Under the pieces are notes generated by a model that was given only the letters and a program-made list of their open reading frames with translations, was not told the DNA's origin and did not search any database. Source: a virus. Taken from it: a stretch of DNA of 30,133 bases. Location: the IMG/VR virus record IMGVR_UViG_3300024581_003098, positions 1 through 30,133 of that record. One strand, 5' to 3'. Position 1 is the stretch's first letter; each line of letters begins with the position of its first letter. Position numbers and translations under genes: made by a program. Of the stretch, positions 6,690 through 13,356 are shown in pieces.

Positions 6690-7173
6690 GTCTGGTTCTT
6701 TTGATAGCCTTGTAAAGGGTCGTCCTTGAGATGCCTGTTGCCCTTGCTAAAGTATTGAGAGAATGTGAATCGTAATAATAGACCTTCGTAATCATCTGGT
6801 CCATCCAATCGACCTCCTCCAGAGCTCTCTCAATGGCCTCAATCCTTTCTTCTTTCAGGATCTTATCCTCTATCCTATCAATGGCCCAAAAGATGATCTC
6901 CTCCTTGGCCTTTCGATGCCGAGCCTCATGGATGCGGTATTTGTAATGAAAGGGGCTGGTCTTGCTATTGTATTGATTGAGCATGATTCGGACAATCCAA
7001 TATCGAATCTGCTTTTTTTCAATCAGCCTGCTCAGCTTGGCCTCATCCCCCTCAAGCAAAATGAGGACCACCTCAGAAAGGAGATCCTCACAATCAGGAT
7101 AACGATTTTTCGTGATGGTCCTAGCAATGCCCTTGAGCATCTCATAATTCTCAGAGATATAGGCCCGAATCAC
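6664..7173 (-). CDS. Sigma-70/ECF-like transcription factor (putative phage sigma factor)
   Basis: Region-2-like LLSEVVLILLE...IRYWIVRIMLNQY and a region-4 HTH, LNTLARATGISRTTLYKAIKRTRHEI. The GTG start at 7173 is preceded by a TGTAGATT box. Confidence 0.5.
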   Translation of the reverse strand: MIRAYISENYEMLKGIARTITKNRYPDCEDLLSEVVLILLEGDEAKLSRLIEKKQIRYWIVRIMLNQYNSKTSPFHYKYRIHEARHRKAKEEIIFWAIDRIEDKILKEERIEAIERALEEVDWMDQMITKVYYYDSHSLNTLARATGISRTTLYKAIKRTRHEIQDKIL

Positions 7174-7178
7174 GGCCT

Positions 7179-7186
7179 ACAATCTA
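7179..7186 (-). promoter_or_regulatory. TGTAGATT box variant (TAGATTGT) 5 nt upstream of the GTG start of the sigma-like gene
   Basis: The minus strand reads GTTGTAGATTGTAGGCC-GTG. It shares the TGTAGATT octamer with the boxes at 12831, 13229 and 18927. Confidence 0.35.
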
Positions 7187-7576
7187 CAACAATTTGTTGA
7201 GTTTGGAGCGATATTCTTTGATCATTTGCTCAAGCTCTTGGTCGGTAAATTTTCTGGTTTCATTGCCCATTTTTATCAGTCGGTCGGCAGTCCCCTTGCC
7301 GTAGTAAAAATCTAGATTCAGACCAAACTGATATTGATGGCCTGAATTTTGGATGTTGCACTTCTTACATTGGGGCTTGACATTCATCTCATCCCATCGG
7401 ACCGAATACTTGGCCCGCGTCTGAAAATGGCCAGCATCGAGGCTCCTCCAATTTTTGACCTGATCACAGGTGAAACATTTGACCCAGCCTCCATGATCAG
7501 CATCCTTGAGCCTGATATATTGGCTGAAGACCTGATCCAGGCTCTTGACGATGTTGCTTCTCTTCCTTTTAGGCAT
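7184..7576 (-). CDS. ninG: NinG/Rap-like recombination protein
   Basis: LDQVFSQYIRLKDADHGGWVKCFTCDQ...LDAGHF...RWDEMNVKPQCKKCN matches the lambda NinG family pattern. Confidence 0.78.
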   Translation of the reverse strand: MPKRKRSNIVKSLDQVFSQYIRLKDADHGGWVKCFTCDQVKNWRSLDAGHFQTRAKYSVRWDEMNVKPQCKKCNIQNSGHQYQFGLNLDFYYGKGTADRLIKMGNETRKFTDQELEQMIKEYRSKLNKLL

Positions 7577-7703
7577 AGAAGGCCAAAACTAAAAGAATCA
7601 GCAAAATGATGTCCATGATTCTGATGACCTCATTGACAAAATATTCGAGGCCAATCTGAGCCATGACTACGACGATTCCTGCGATGATGATTCCTTCGGC
7701 CAT
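7569..7703 (-). CDS. Small membrane protein, 44 aa (MAEGIIIAGIVVVMAQIGL...ILLILLVLAFYA)
   Basis: Two hydrophobic segments. ATG at 7703; an alternative ATG at 7664 lies just after the upstream stop. Its end overlaps the ninG start by 8 nt. Confidence 0.35.
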   Translation of the reverse strand: MAEGIIIAGIVVVMAQIGLEYFVNEVIRIMDIILLILLVLAFYA

Positions 7704-8170
7704 ATCCCCATTTGTTGAAGCTCCTCCTTGGTTGCCAATATGGGCTTGAAAGCCTTGTCTCCTGCCTTGGCTGAGCTTCTCTGCCTCCAATGAGGCGGGT
7801 CTACGACTCGGTGCTGATTCTCCAAAAGAGGAGCTCTCATCTCTCCCTCATATTTTCTGAAAGCCTCAAGAAGGGTCCTTGTCCTGAAGGTCCCGTATAG
7901 ATTGGGCATGAGCTTGCCAGCCTTGAGCATCTTGCAGACATAGGCTATCTCTTCGATTTTGATGGCTGGAAATTCCTCAATCAGGAGATCTGTGGCATCT
8001 GCTATTTCCTCAGCCGATTGGAAAGTATTGTTGACTCCCATCTCGGCAATGAGCTTTGTGATCTCTAGATTGACCCAAGCCCATACGACAGGCCTCGATT
8101 CCTGATGCTTGAGAGCTGATCTGAGATTCGTCCCATGATCCCAGCATGATTCAACGCTGAGATTCCTCAT
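7667..8170 (-). CDS. Hypothetical protein, 167 aa
   Basis: Track ORF 7667-8470 trimmed to the first ATG (8170) after the stop of gene 8196-8930. The discarded 100 codons are S/R/K/P-rich and overlap that gene out of frame. Confidence 0.65.
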   Translation of the reverse strand: MRNLSVESCWDHGTNLRSALKHQESRPVVWAWVNLEITKLIAEMGVNNTFQSAEEIADATDLLIEEFPAIKIEEIAYVCKMLKAGKLMPNLYGTFRTRTLLEAFRKYEGEMRAPLLENQHRVVDPPHWRQRSSAKAGDKAFKPILATKEELQQMGIWPKESSSQESS

Positions 8171-8195
8171 GATATCTCGTCTTGTCACCCCCGAA

Positions 8196-8930
8196 TCATT
8201 GGCTCCATTGATGAGCGCGATTGTTGATGGTTTCAAAATCGATGATATCTGGATTGAATCCTTTTTTTCTTGCTTTGGGCTTGGGATGGATTCCTTGGTA
8301 TTGATTGGCAATGGCATCGTCAATGGCTTCAAGAGCGACCTCAAGGTCACCCTGCGATTTTTTGAATAATTGTTTGAGGGCCGTCTGCTCGGCCCGTGGA
8401 GTCTTGAAAGGCCTCTTGTGGGCTTTCCTTTCCTGTTTCCATTCTTCCCATTTTTGAGAGAATGCATCATCAGGCCATGGCATCTCTATCTGAGCTCTTT
8501 CATTTGCTTCCTTTATATCTCGGTATTGGTTGTGCGATTTGGCCTCTTGCATTTGGAGCTTATCCCTTTTCCTTTTGGCGATTTTGCTGAATCCATGTTG
8601 CGGAAGCTCCAATTCGTAGATTTTCGCGGCCTCAGCGGTGATGGTATACCATTTGGTCCTATCAAATCCCATTTGATTGTGGACCCCTGTCTCAATGGCT
8701 CCCTTCTTCTCTAGATTGCCCAGGATCCTCCGAATCTGATCGTGGCTCCAAAAGGTGAAAATCCCCTTGAAGGCCTTGACGCTATTCCAAGTCCAAATCT
8801 TGCCCGCGACCTCATTTTGCCCATTGAGGGCGTTTCGATGAATCCAATGCACGAGATGATGAAGCATGATAGCTTCATTCACCCCGTACATTTTTGCAGA
8901 TTCAGGATTGAAGTGAAAATCACCCTTCAT
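8196..8930 (-). CDS. Winged-helix DNA-binding protein, putative replication organiser
   Basis: The N-terminal region WSHDQIRRILGNLEKKGAIE...DRTKWYTIT resembles phage replisome-organiser / DnaD-type wHTH domains. The C-terminal half is basic. Function is inferred only. Confidence 0.55.
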   Translation of the reverse strand: MKGDFHFNPESAKMYGVNEAIMLHHLVHWIHRNALNGQNEVAGKIWTWNSVKAFKGIFTFWSHDQIRRILGNLEKKGAIETGVHNQMGFDRTKWYTITAEAAKIYELELPQHGFSKIAKRKRDKLQMQEAKSHNQYRDIKEANERAQIEMPWPDDAFSQKWEEWKQERKAHKRPFKTPRAEQTALKQLFKKSQGDLEVALEAIDDAIANQYQGIHPKPKARKKGFNPDIIDFETINNRAHQWSQ

Positions 8931-9174
8931 CCTTCGTCTTGGATTCTTTGAATTTGAGATAGGTCGAATGGGCGGTGATTTCAGAGAAAAGCTCTAGCTC
9001 GGTCGTATTACAATCCCTGATGATATCAATCCCATGAGCCAGCATGGGAATTGGATTCTTTTTGACCCATCGGCTCACCGTATTCTCTGAGACCTTCAGG
9101 GCCTCAGCCATCTTCTTCTGTGATCCGTATAGACGCTTCACATATTCCTTGAATTCTCCTTTCATCTCAATCAT
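8920..9174 (-). CDS. HTH DNA-binding protein (Cro/Xre-like)
   Basis: KKMAEALKVSENTVSRWVKK is a classic HTH. ATGA coupling with the upstream gene. Confidence 0.75.
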   Translation of the reverse strand: MIEMKGEFKEYVKRLYGSQKKMAEALKVSENTVSRWVKKNPIPMLAHGIDIIRDCNTTELELFSEITAHSTYLKFKESKTKDEG

Positions 9175-9581
9175 GACTCATTCTTTTTCATAATCTGATT
9201 TCGCAAAGAGAGCAGGCTCTCGGCCCATGCCTCCAGATTTGGGAGGGTTACCTCCTCAGCCCTTGCAAGGAGGCATTCACGGGCCGCATTTAGGGCCCAT
9301 TGAGTCCCGACAGGGTCTCCCTTCTTGTTGTAGGAATAGGAGGCTCCTTGAGGCTTGGAGGGATTCTTGTGAATCTTCATGCGATTCGCCCCCCTTGGGC
9401 TCTGGCCATTGATTTCGTAATAGATTGTGTCCCCGACCTGATAAGGAGGCTTCTCTGAGATGCTATTGCATTCTCCGTAGACCCCATCGTCGAGCTCAAT
9501 CTCAAATTGATACATGGTCTTGCCTTCTCGATTTTGCCATGTCTTTGCGAATTGAAGGCTCTGAATATTGGCTTGCTTCAT
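9171..9581 (-). CDS. Hypothetical protein, 136 aa
   Basis: ATG start with ATGA overlaps at both ends. No recognised motif. Confidence 0.8.
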   Translation of the reverse strand: MKQANIQSLQFAKTWQNREGKTMYQFEIELDDGVYGECNSISEKPPYQVGDTIYYEINGQSPRGANRMKIHKNPSKPQGASYSYNKKGDPVGTQWALNAARECLLARAEEVTLPNLEAWAESLLSLRNQIMKKNES

Positions 9582-9952
9582 GGATTTTGGATTTTGAAAA
9601 GAGGATTTGTCTTGCTGTGGATTCGATAGCTGATGCTGTCATCTTCCTCTGGAGTTGATTCTCCTGTCATATATCTCACCATCTTAGCGTAGATGGATTG
9701 CTGGTCCCCAATGTATTTGACATCGGTGATTCTCATTTGATGCTCTGGTTGGCGACGGACAAAAGAGGCAAATGAAATAGGCCACGAAAAGACCCTTTCA
9801 ACATCTTCTATCTTGGCCACGACGCATCCCTCAAGATCTCTATCTTCTCGGCCCCATCGCCCTTGGACAGATGAGGTCGTCTCGAATTTCTCCGAATGGC
9901 CAATGCCCGCAGATTGATTCTTGAGCTCTTCAGAATGATGGCTTTCATACAT
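9578..9952 (-). CDS. Hypothetical protein, 124 aa
   Basis: Track ORF 9578-10138 trimmed to the ATG at 9952 (MYESHHSEE...), which overlaps the stop of gene 9945-10256 by 8 nt. Confidence 0.7.
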   Translation of the reverse strand: MYESHHSEELKNQSAGIGHSEKFETTSSVQGRWGREDRDLEGCVVAKIEDVERVFSWPISFASFVRRQPEHQMRITDVKYIGDQQSIYAKMVRYMTGESTPEEDDSISYRIHSKTNPLFKIQNP

Positions 9953-10256
9953 CTTGGCCTCCTTTTTTCTTTTGCTCTTTCTCCTTCTTGACCTGCTCAT
10001 CAATGAGCTTGTTGAGCTGATTGATATCAGAGCTGATGAGGAAATTTTGGTATGCAATGGCCTCCATGGGATTGGCATCCCTTGGGTCGACTTTCTTTGG
10101 CTTCTCTTCAACAGGGGAGGGAAAAATCCAATTTTCAAGGTAATTCATGCCGTTGCGGGCATTCTTGACTCGAATGACATCGTATGCATTCTCAATTCGG
10201 GAGTCCAACGTATTGATGGCTTCCCAGATGGCTGATTGGGCGGTTTCTAGTGTCAT
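9945..10256 (-). CDS. Hypothetical protein, 103 aa, Lys-rich C-terminus
   Basis: ATG start; ATGA overlap with the upstream gene. Confidence 0.75.
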   Translation of the reverse strand: MTLETAQSAIWEAINTLDSRIENAYDVIRVKNARNGMNYLENWIFPSPVEEKPKKVDPRDANPMEAIAYQNFLISSDINQLNKLIDEQVKKEKEQKKKGGQDV

Positions 10257-10561
10257 GCTTCTCCTGTCAATGAATTGAATACCTCATTGGCCGATTTGTG
10301 GCATTCGCCAATCGCATCGGTCGTCTGCTGAAGAAAATCAGCCAATGCCTTGAGATTTTGAATTGAAGCCTCCAGAGCAGCTCTCTTGGAGGAATTTTCG
10401 CCCAAGCGGTCCAATCTCTTGAGCTGGCTTGTCAAGACATCATTGACCTCCATCTTGGAGCGAATGATTGGATTTTGACTGATTGTCCAAGACTCAGCCA
10501 AGCGATGACGAGAGCGTTGAAGAGCCTTCTTCTCTCGTGGATTTGTGATGATTGTGCTCAT
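10253..10561 (-). CDS. Hypothetical helical protein, 102 aa
   Basis: ATG start. Helical, coiled-coil-like composition. Confidence 0.75.
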   Translation of the reverse strand: MSTIITNPREKKALQRSRHRLAESWTISQNPIIRSKMEVNDVLTSQLKRLDRLGENSSKRAALEASIQNLKALADFLQQTTDAIGECHKSANEVFNSLTGEA

Positions 10562-10575
10562 CTATTTAGAATTGT

Positions 10576-10591
10576 GAGGCCATGAGGCCTC
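10576..10591 (-). terminator. Short GC hairpin (GAGGCC-loop-GGCCTC) after gene 10595-10861
   Basis: 6-bp perfect stem with a 4-nt loop, read directly. No clear U-tract follows, so it could equally be an RNA-stability element. Confidence 0.3.
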
Positions 10592-10594
10592 TGG

Positions 10595-10861
10595 TTAATG
10601 ATTCGTGATGTCTTCCCATATCTCCTCCAGCTTGCTCAGATAGCCCTTGTGCTTTCCTATCTTCTCATCAAGGTCTTCAATCGTCAAGCGTAGGTCAAAG
10701 GATTTTTTCTTAGCTCCTCCTAATGGGACGGGCATGCCAGCCTCCATGAGCTCTGAGCGGTATTCTCGCTCTCTCATAGATCTCTGGTCTTCTAGCCAAT
10801 CGACATGCTCCTCAATCAGGATAGCAGCTTGGGTCAGGTGGTGGTGGAATGTCTCTTTCAT
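10595..10861 (-). CDS. Hypothetical protein, 88 aa
   Basis: ATG preceded by TATATTTGAGGC and followed by the hairpin at 10576-10591. Confidence 0.75.
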   Translation of the reverse strand: MKETFHHHLTQAAILIEEHVDWLEDQRSMREREYRSELMEAGMPVPLGGAKKKSFDLRLTIEDLDEKIGKHKGYLSKLEEIWEDITNH

Positions 10862-10865
10862 GCCT

Positions 10866-10888
10866 CAAATATAAATCAATTTGGATTC
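10866..10888 (-). promoter_or_regulatory. Promoter-like box: TATATTTG (TAnnTTTG) 4 nt upstream of the ATG, preceded by GAATCC
   Basis: The minus strand reads GAATCCAAATTGATTTATATTTGAGGC-ATG. The last 12 nt (ATTTGAGGCATG) are identical to the site at 13222-13233. Confidence 0.45.
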
Positions 10889-11158
10889 TCATTCTCCTCT
10901 TTCTCCAAGAATCTGATTCTTGAAATTCTCTGTGAATAGGACGTAGCCATGATTTCTCATCTCACTGCATCCCATGATTTCAATGCCCTTCTCTTCGAGG
11001 AAGATCCTGGCTTGCTCAATGATGGAGCCTATAGAATGGTCATAGCCTAGGAATCTGCGGACATTGAATCTCTCATCTTTGATTCTGATTCTGGCTCCCT
11101 TAAAGCATGTCGCAGGGACAAAGCTGACGCTGAAGGCTCTGTAATTTTCGAGGCTCAT
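10889..11158 (-). CDS. Hypothetical protein, 89 aa
   Basis: ATG start; ATGA overlap with the upstream gene. Confidence 0.75.
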   Translation of the reverse strand: MSLENYRAFSVSFVPATCFKGARIRIKDERFNVRRFLGYDHSIGSIIEQARIFLEEKGIEIMGCSEMRNHGYVLFTENFKNQILGERGE

Positions 11159-11472
11159 GATTTTTGGATTTTGAAATCTTCAACCAGATGCTTGGCTATC
11201 TCATACCAATTGACATCCTCTAGAAAGACCGATGCGAAGTCATGGATGAGGCTTTCATGAGGCGTCTTGGGGTCCATACAAAAGAGGTATTCATTGACAT
11301 CCTCTTTCATGGCCTCTGAGAGCTCGTAGAGGACATCATCCTCATCCTTCAAGAGCCTATTCTCATCCTCATCCCATTGCTCCTCCTCAAGGTATTCATT
11401 CCATCGCTCCTCATCAATCAATTCTAGATTGACTCTCCATGTCGCGTAATTCGTCCAGCCATTGAATTTCAT
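11155..11472 (-). CDS. Hypothetical acidic protein, 105 aa (MKFNGWTNYATWRVNLE...)
   Basis: Trimmed to the ATG at 11472, which forms ATGA with the stop of gene 11469-11645. Confidence 0.72.
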   Translation of the reverse strand: MKFNGWTNYATWRVNLELIDEERWNEYLEEEQWDEDENRLLKDEDDVLYELSEAMKEDVNEYLFCMDPKTPHESLIHDFASVFLEDVNWYEIAKHLVEDFKIQKS

Positions 11473-11645
11473 GCTTCTTTCATTTTGATGAAGAGGTAGG
11501 CCTCTTCGATTGATGTGCATTGTGGGGTCTTAATCTTCTGTCCATCTCTGAGATGGATTTGATTGAGCTCAGGAGCGTATGAGTGACGCTCCAGCTTTTC
11601 GACATTCCTGAGGAAGGCCTCAAAAGGGGTTCGGGGTTGTTTCAT
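11469..11645 (-). CDS. Hypothetical protein, 58 aa
   Basis: Trimmed to the ATG at 11645, which forms ATGA with the methyltransferase stop. Confidence 0.6.
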   Translation of the reverse strand: MKQPRTPFEAFLRNVEKLERHSYAPELNQIHLRDGQKIKTPQCTSIEEAYLFIKMKEA

Positions 11646-12289
11646 CCTATTAATTTGAATTCTTTTCTCTTTCCTTGGACTTGAAGGTCCGCGGCAACCA
11701 TGACGGCAAGGCATAGCTCATGAGGAATGATGCTCCTTTCATGATTTCCTTTCAGGCCTTGGGTCCCTGTCTTGGAGCCCCTAGGAGCAGCCTCATGACA
11801 GGAAGATCCAGGCCGGCACATAGGCCTTGGAATCCAGAGCCTAGAATTCGTCCAGATATCTGTCGGCTTCATTCGATTGTCTCCATATTGGCAGTAGGTC
11901 ACGGTCGCTCTTGGGAGATGAAGCATCTCAGGCCTCTTCCTCATCATCCCTCTTGGATTCTCAATGAACCAAACCTTGGGCTTCTTGACCTTGATGATTT
12001 CAAGGGTCCTGTGAAGCAATTTGAGGCCAAGCTCAGCCCCTTCAGAAATAGGCTTGCCATCTCTCCAATGATGAGATACGGCGGCAATAGAGAAGCTCGT
12101 GCAAGGAGGAGAGGCCCAAATGATATCAGCCTCAGGCAACTCTTCAATTGGGATTTCAAGAATATCTCCAACCAAATCAATTTCCCCGAATTGGGTGATG
12201 TCCGTGGAGAAGCTAGACATGCCGAGCTCATCGCAAGCCTTTCCAATGCTTCTGCTCCCCGCAAAGAGCTCAAGGACCTGATATTTCAT
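11642..12289 (-). CDS. Compact DNA (cytosine-5) methyltransferase
   Basis: Motif I LELFAGSRS, motif IV SPPCTSFS (catalytic Cys), motif VI FIENPRG, then CQYGD..KPT and a C-terminal IIPHELCLAV. Only 215 aa. Confidence 0.78.
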   Translation of the reverse strand: MKYQVLELFAGSRSIGKACDELGMSSFSTDITQFGEIDLVGDILEIPIEELPEADIIWASPPCTSFSIAAVSHHWRDGKPISEGAELGLKLLHRTLEIIKVKKPKVWFIENPRGMMRKRPEMLHLPRATVTYCQYGDNRMKPTDIWTNSRLWIPRPMCRPGSSCHEAAPRGSKTGTQGLKGNHERSIIPHELCLAVMVAADLQVQGKRKEFKLIG

Positions 12290-12540
12290 ACGTAGGCCTG
12301 TTTCTTGAAATAGCCATAGATGATGCGCCCATATTGGCGCGCGTCTTGCATCTTATATGTCAGGCCATTCTCAGGGTGCGTGAATTGCATCTTGCCAATG
12401 AGATTCTCCTTGATTTGAGCATGCTCGTCAATGGAGATTTCCGTCCGTAGCCAGCCAGCCTCTTTGTAATCAATAGAGAGGACAATTGGCCCCTCCTTAG
12501 GGGCGTGCTGATGAATAGCGAATACGAGAGGGTAATCCAT
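12286..12540 (-). CDS. Hypothetical protein, 84 aa
   Basis: Trimmed to the ATG at 12540 (MDYPLVFAIHQH...), 4 nt after the upstream stop. Its stop overlaps the methyltransferase ATG (ATGA). Confidence 0.7.
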   Translation of the reverse strand: MDYPLVFAIHQHAPKEGPIVLSIDYKEAGWLRTEISIDEHAQIKENLIGKMQFTHPENGLTYKMQDARQYGRIIYGYFKKQAYV

Positions 12541-12544
12541 GGCC

Positions 12545-12826
12545 TTAGTATGTGAAGATTTCATTCCAGAGCTCATCAGCAATGGATGTGACATCATTGA
12601 AGGCGCAATATTGCCAGAGACCATCCTTGAGGATATCGACCTCAACCATGCCGCCTCGGGTATTGAAATCAAGCTGTAGCTTGCTCTGATGCCCTGAGCG
12701 GTCTACCCAATAAAAAATCGTCGATGTCTGGACGCCTTCACGGGCAAAGGATTTGACAAGATTGACAAGATTCGTCTTCAGCGATTGAAGGACGTAATCT
12801 GATTTGAAGGGATGCGATTGATTCAT
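12545..12826 (-). CDS. Hypothetical protein, 93 aa
   Basis: ATG at 12826, preceded by a TGTAGATTTA box 4 nt upstream. Confidence 0.78.
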   Translation of the reverse strand: MNQSHPFKSDYVLQSLKTNLVNLVKSFAREGVQTSTIFYWVDRSGHQSKLQLDFNTRGGMVEVDILKDGLWQYCAFNDVTSIADELWNEIFTY

Positions 12827-12830
12827 GTGC

Positions 12831-12880
12831 TAAATCTACAGACATGGATATTCCAATCCACGGCAATGAGGATTTTTTTT
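12831..12880 (-). promoter_or_regulatory. Promoter-like element P2 (A8 - CGTGGATTGGAAT - TGTAGATTTA), a paralogue of the element at 13229-13277
   Basis: It fills the whole 53-nt intergenic gap. By hand alignment it matches the 13229-13277 element without gaps at 29 of 42 positions after the A-run. Confidence 0.5.
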
Positions 12881-13224
12881 CAGCTATTCCAATCAATCTC
12901 AATGTTCAAGGCCTTGGAGGCATGCTCACAAAGGACCTTGACGTAATGAGCTTTGTCCGTCGTCAGCTCCTCAATGAAGCCTTGAGCGACGAAATATTCA
13001 ATGGCATCCCTGAGCTCATTCTTTGGCTTGGATAGACCTGATGTCTCAACAGGATTCATCCAATCCCATACCCAAGTGTCTCGCAGGTCGCGGGCCTCAG
13101 CGTGACGGCCTTGATTGACCATGTCCAAATAGACATCGGCTTGACGGGGATTTTCATTCATCCATTTGCGGTAAGCCGCAGGTGAAAATTTTTGCTCTCG
13201 AACGGGGATATTGATTCTTTCCAT
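12880..13224 (-). CDS. Hypothetical protein, 114 aa; first gene after the terminator/promoter node
   Basis: ATG at 13224, preceded by TGTAGATTTGAGGC. Confidence 0.8.
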   Translation of the reverse strand: MERINIPVREQKFSPAAYRKWMNENPRQADVYLDMVNQGRHAEARDLRDTWVWDWMNPVETSGLSKPKNELRDAIEYFVAQGFIEELTTDKAHYVKVLCEHASKALNIEIDWNS

Positions 13225-13228
13225 GCCT

Positions 13229-13277
13229 CAAATCTACATTGATGAGGATTCAAATCCACGCCGTTGTCGATTTTTTT
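13229..13277 (-). promoter_or_regulatory. Promoter-like element P1 (A7 - CGTGGATTTGAAT - TGTAGATTTG); candidate early promoter
   Basis: The minus strand reads AAAAAAATCGACAACGGCGTGGATTTGAATCCTCATCAATGTAGATTTG-AGGC-ATG. TAGATTTG fits the Bacteroidota -7 consensus TAnnTTTG. It lies in the only sizeable non-coding region. Confidence 0.5.
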
Positions 13278-13279
13278 GC

Positions 13280-13314
13280 AAGAAAAGAGGAGCCCCCATC
13301 TCTGAGAGCTCCTC
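13280..13314 (-). terminator. Intrinsic terminator T2: GAGGAGC / GCUCCUC stem followed by UUUUCUU
   Basis: 7-bp GC-rich stem (13287-13293 pairs with 13308-13314), 14-nt loop and a U-rich tail on the minus strand, read directly. Confidence 0.5.
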
Positions 13315-13321
13315 CAAACAT

Positions 13322-13350
13322 GAAAAAAGAGACCACCCCTTCAGGGTGTC
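13322..13350 (-). terminator. Intrinsic terminator T1: GACACCC-UGAAG-GGGUGGUC followed by UCUUUUUUC
   Basis: 7 bp with one bulged G and a 5-nt loop, then a U6 tract. It starts 7 nt after the stop of the last gene (13357). Confidence 0.6.
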
Positions 13351-13356
13351 ACCATG

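Noticed and set aside
8171-8470. N-terminal extensions of track ORFs (7667-8470, 9578-10138, 12286-12672, 11469-11714, 11155-11520, 14431-14706) and the TTG/GTG-extended starts of queE, queC, queD, the scaffold gene and the metallophosphoesterase
   Set aside because: The extensions overlap the preceding gene out of frame and are low-complexity. An internal ATG placed at or within a few nt of the upstream stop (usually ATGA) gives canonical N-termini.
8920-9174. The HTH protein as evidence of a lysogeny switch or temperate lifestyle
   Set aside because: No integrase, excisionase, CI-type repressor with a peptidase domain, or divergent promoter region is present. All genes are co-oriented. The data do not support calling the phage temperate.
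11720-12295. 191-aa plus-strand ORF, and all other plus-strand ORFs such as 21429-21854, 26513-26992, 27772-28182, 2655-3008 and 8370-8714
   Set aside because: Each lies entirely antisense to a minus-strand gene with recognisable motifs or coupling. Their translations are R/S/P/L-rich with no motifs, and none has an intergenic start context. I treat them as shadow ORFs.
13222-13233. GAGG in the shared ATTTGAGGCATG start context (also at 10859-10870) as a Shine-Dalgarno site
   Set aside because: The spacer to the ATG is only 1 nt, too short for SD pairing. Other well-supported starts (capsid, portal, tail genes) show no purine-rich SD at all.
13255-13326. 23-aa ORF (MFGGALRDGGSSFLAKKSTTAWI) between the two terminator hairpins
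   Set aside because: It is made of the hairpin arms and the promoter-like element themselves, has no coupling to neighbours and has an implausible composition.
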